A stretch of 64,000 bases of DNA from the NCBI RefSeq assembly GCF_009914755.1, contig NC_060939.1; one strand, written 5' to 3'. The position numbers and the translations under genes were made by a program. Position 1 is the first letter of the stretch, and every line of letters begins with the position of its first letter. This DNA is from the human T2T-CHM13v2.0 reference genome, Homo sapiens. A model generated the notes under the pieces. It was given only the letters and a program-made list of their open reading frames with translations. It ran no database searches and had not been told where the DNA came from. Of this stretch, positions 63,764 through 64,000 are shown piece by piece.

Positions 63764-63804
63764 ACACATGCGCGTGCACACACACACACACACACACACA
63801 CACA
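63764..63804. repeat. Alternating purine-pyrimidine tract ending in (CA)n
   Basis: acacatgcgcgtg followed by (ca)n; 41 nt uninterrupted R/Y alternation. Confidence 0.95.
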
Positions 63805-64000
63805 GCCCCACACCAAAACATACAATACTGTCCTCAGGATCGGAAATTTTGGAAAATAATTCCATCATGTTAGCTAGTATTTTCCCTTGGTGGACTATAC
63901 CAGATCTCTAAAATATGAGTTTATTCCCTTTGAGTTAATGTTTTCTGCAAACAATTTGACACTATAAAATATCTTTAGAATAACTACTCAAACACCCAAT

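Overview
This is non-coding primate genomic DNA, very likely human or ape: it carries AluJ/S/Y, L1PA, THE1D, MST and MER1B-type elements and is AT-rich and CpG-poor. I find no supportable host protein-coding exon, RNA gene or CpG island. The protein-like ORFs in the track are decayed LINE-1 ORF2 pieces, Alu/LTR read-throughs or translations of GA-rich simple repeats. Roughly half the window is interspersed repeat: about 17 solo LTRs, 8 Alu-family SINEs, 2 primate L1PA 3' fragments, older L1M/L2/L3/MIR fragments and several hAT/Tigger DNA-transposon relics, many with target-site duplications (TSDs) still readable. Subfamily names come from recalled consensus sequences and need RepeatMasker/Dfam confirmation. 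I do not see evidence for a new multi-gene system. The most notable structure not explained by repeat annotation is a near-perfect 59-bp-arm inverted repeat at 58494-58652 (57/59 paired) inside an ancient L2-like relic, which looks like a young template-switch hairpin and possible de novo small-RNA precursor. Other unexplained structures are a 73-bp dispersed direct repeat (61081/62164) bracketing about 1 kb of unique DNA, a 75-bp tandem duplication with reciprocal CpG decay, several motif-dense repeat-free blocks that look like enhancers, and a plus-strand bias of LTR/L1/Alu elements that hints at a minus-strand host transcript.
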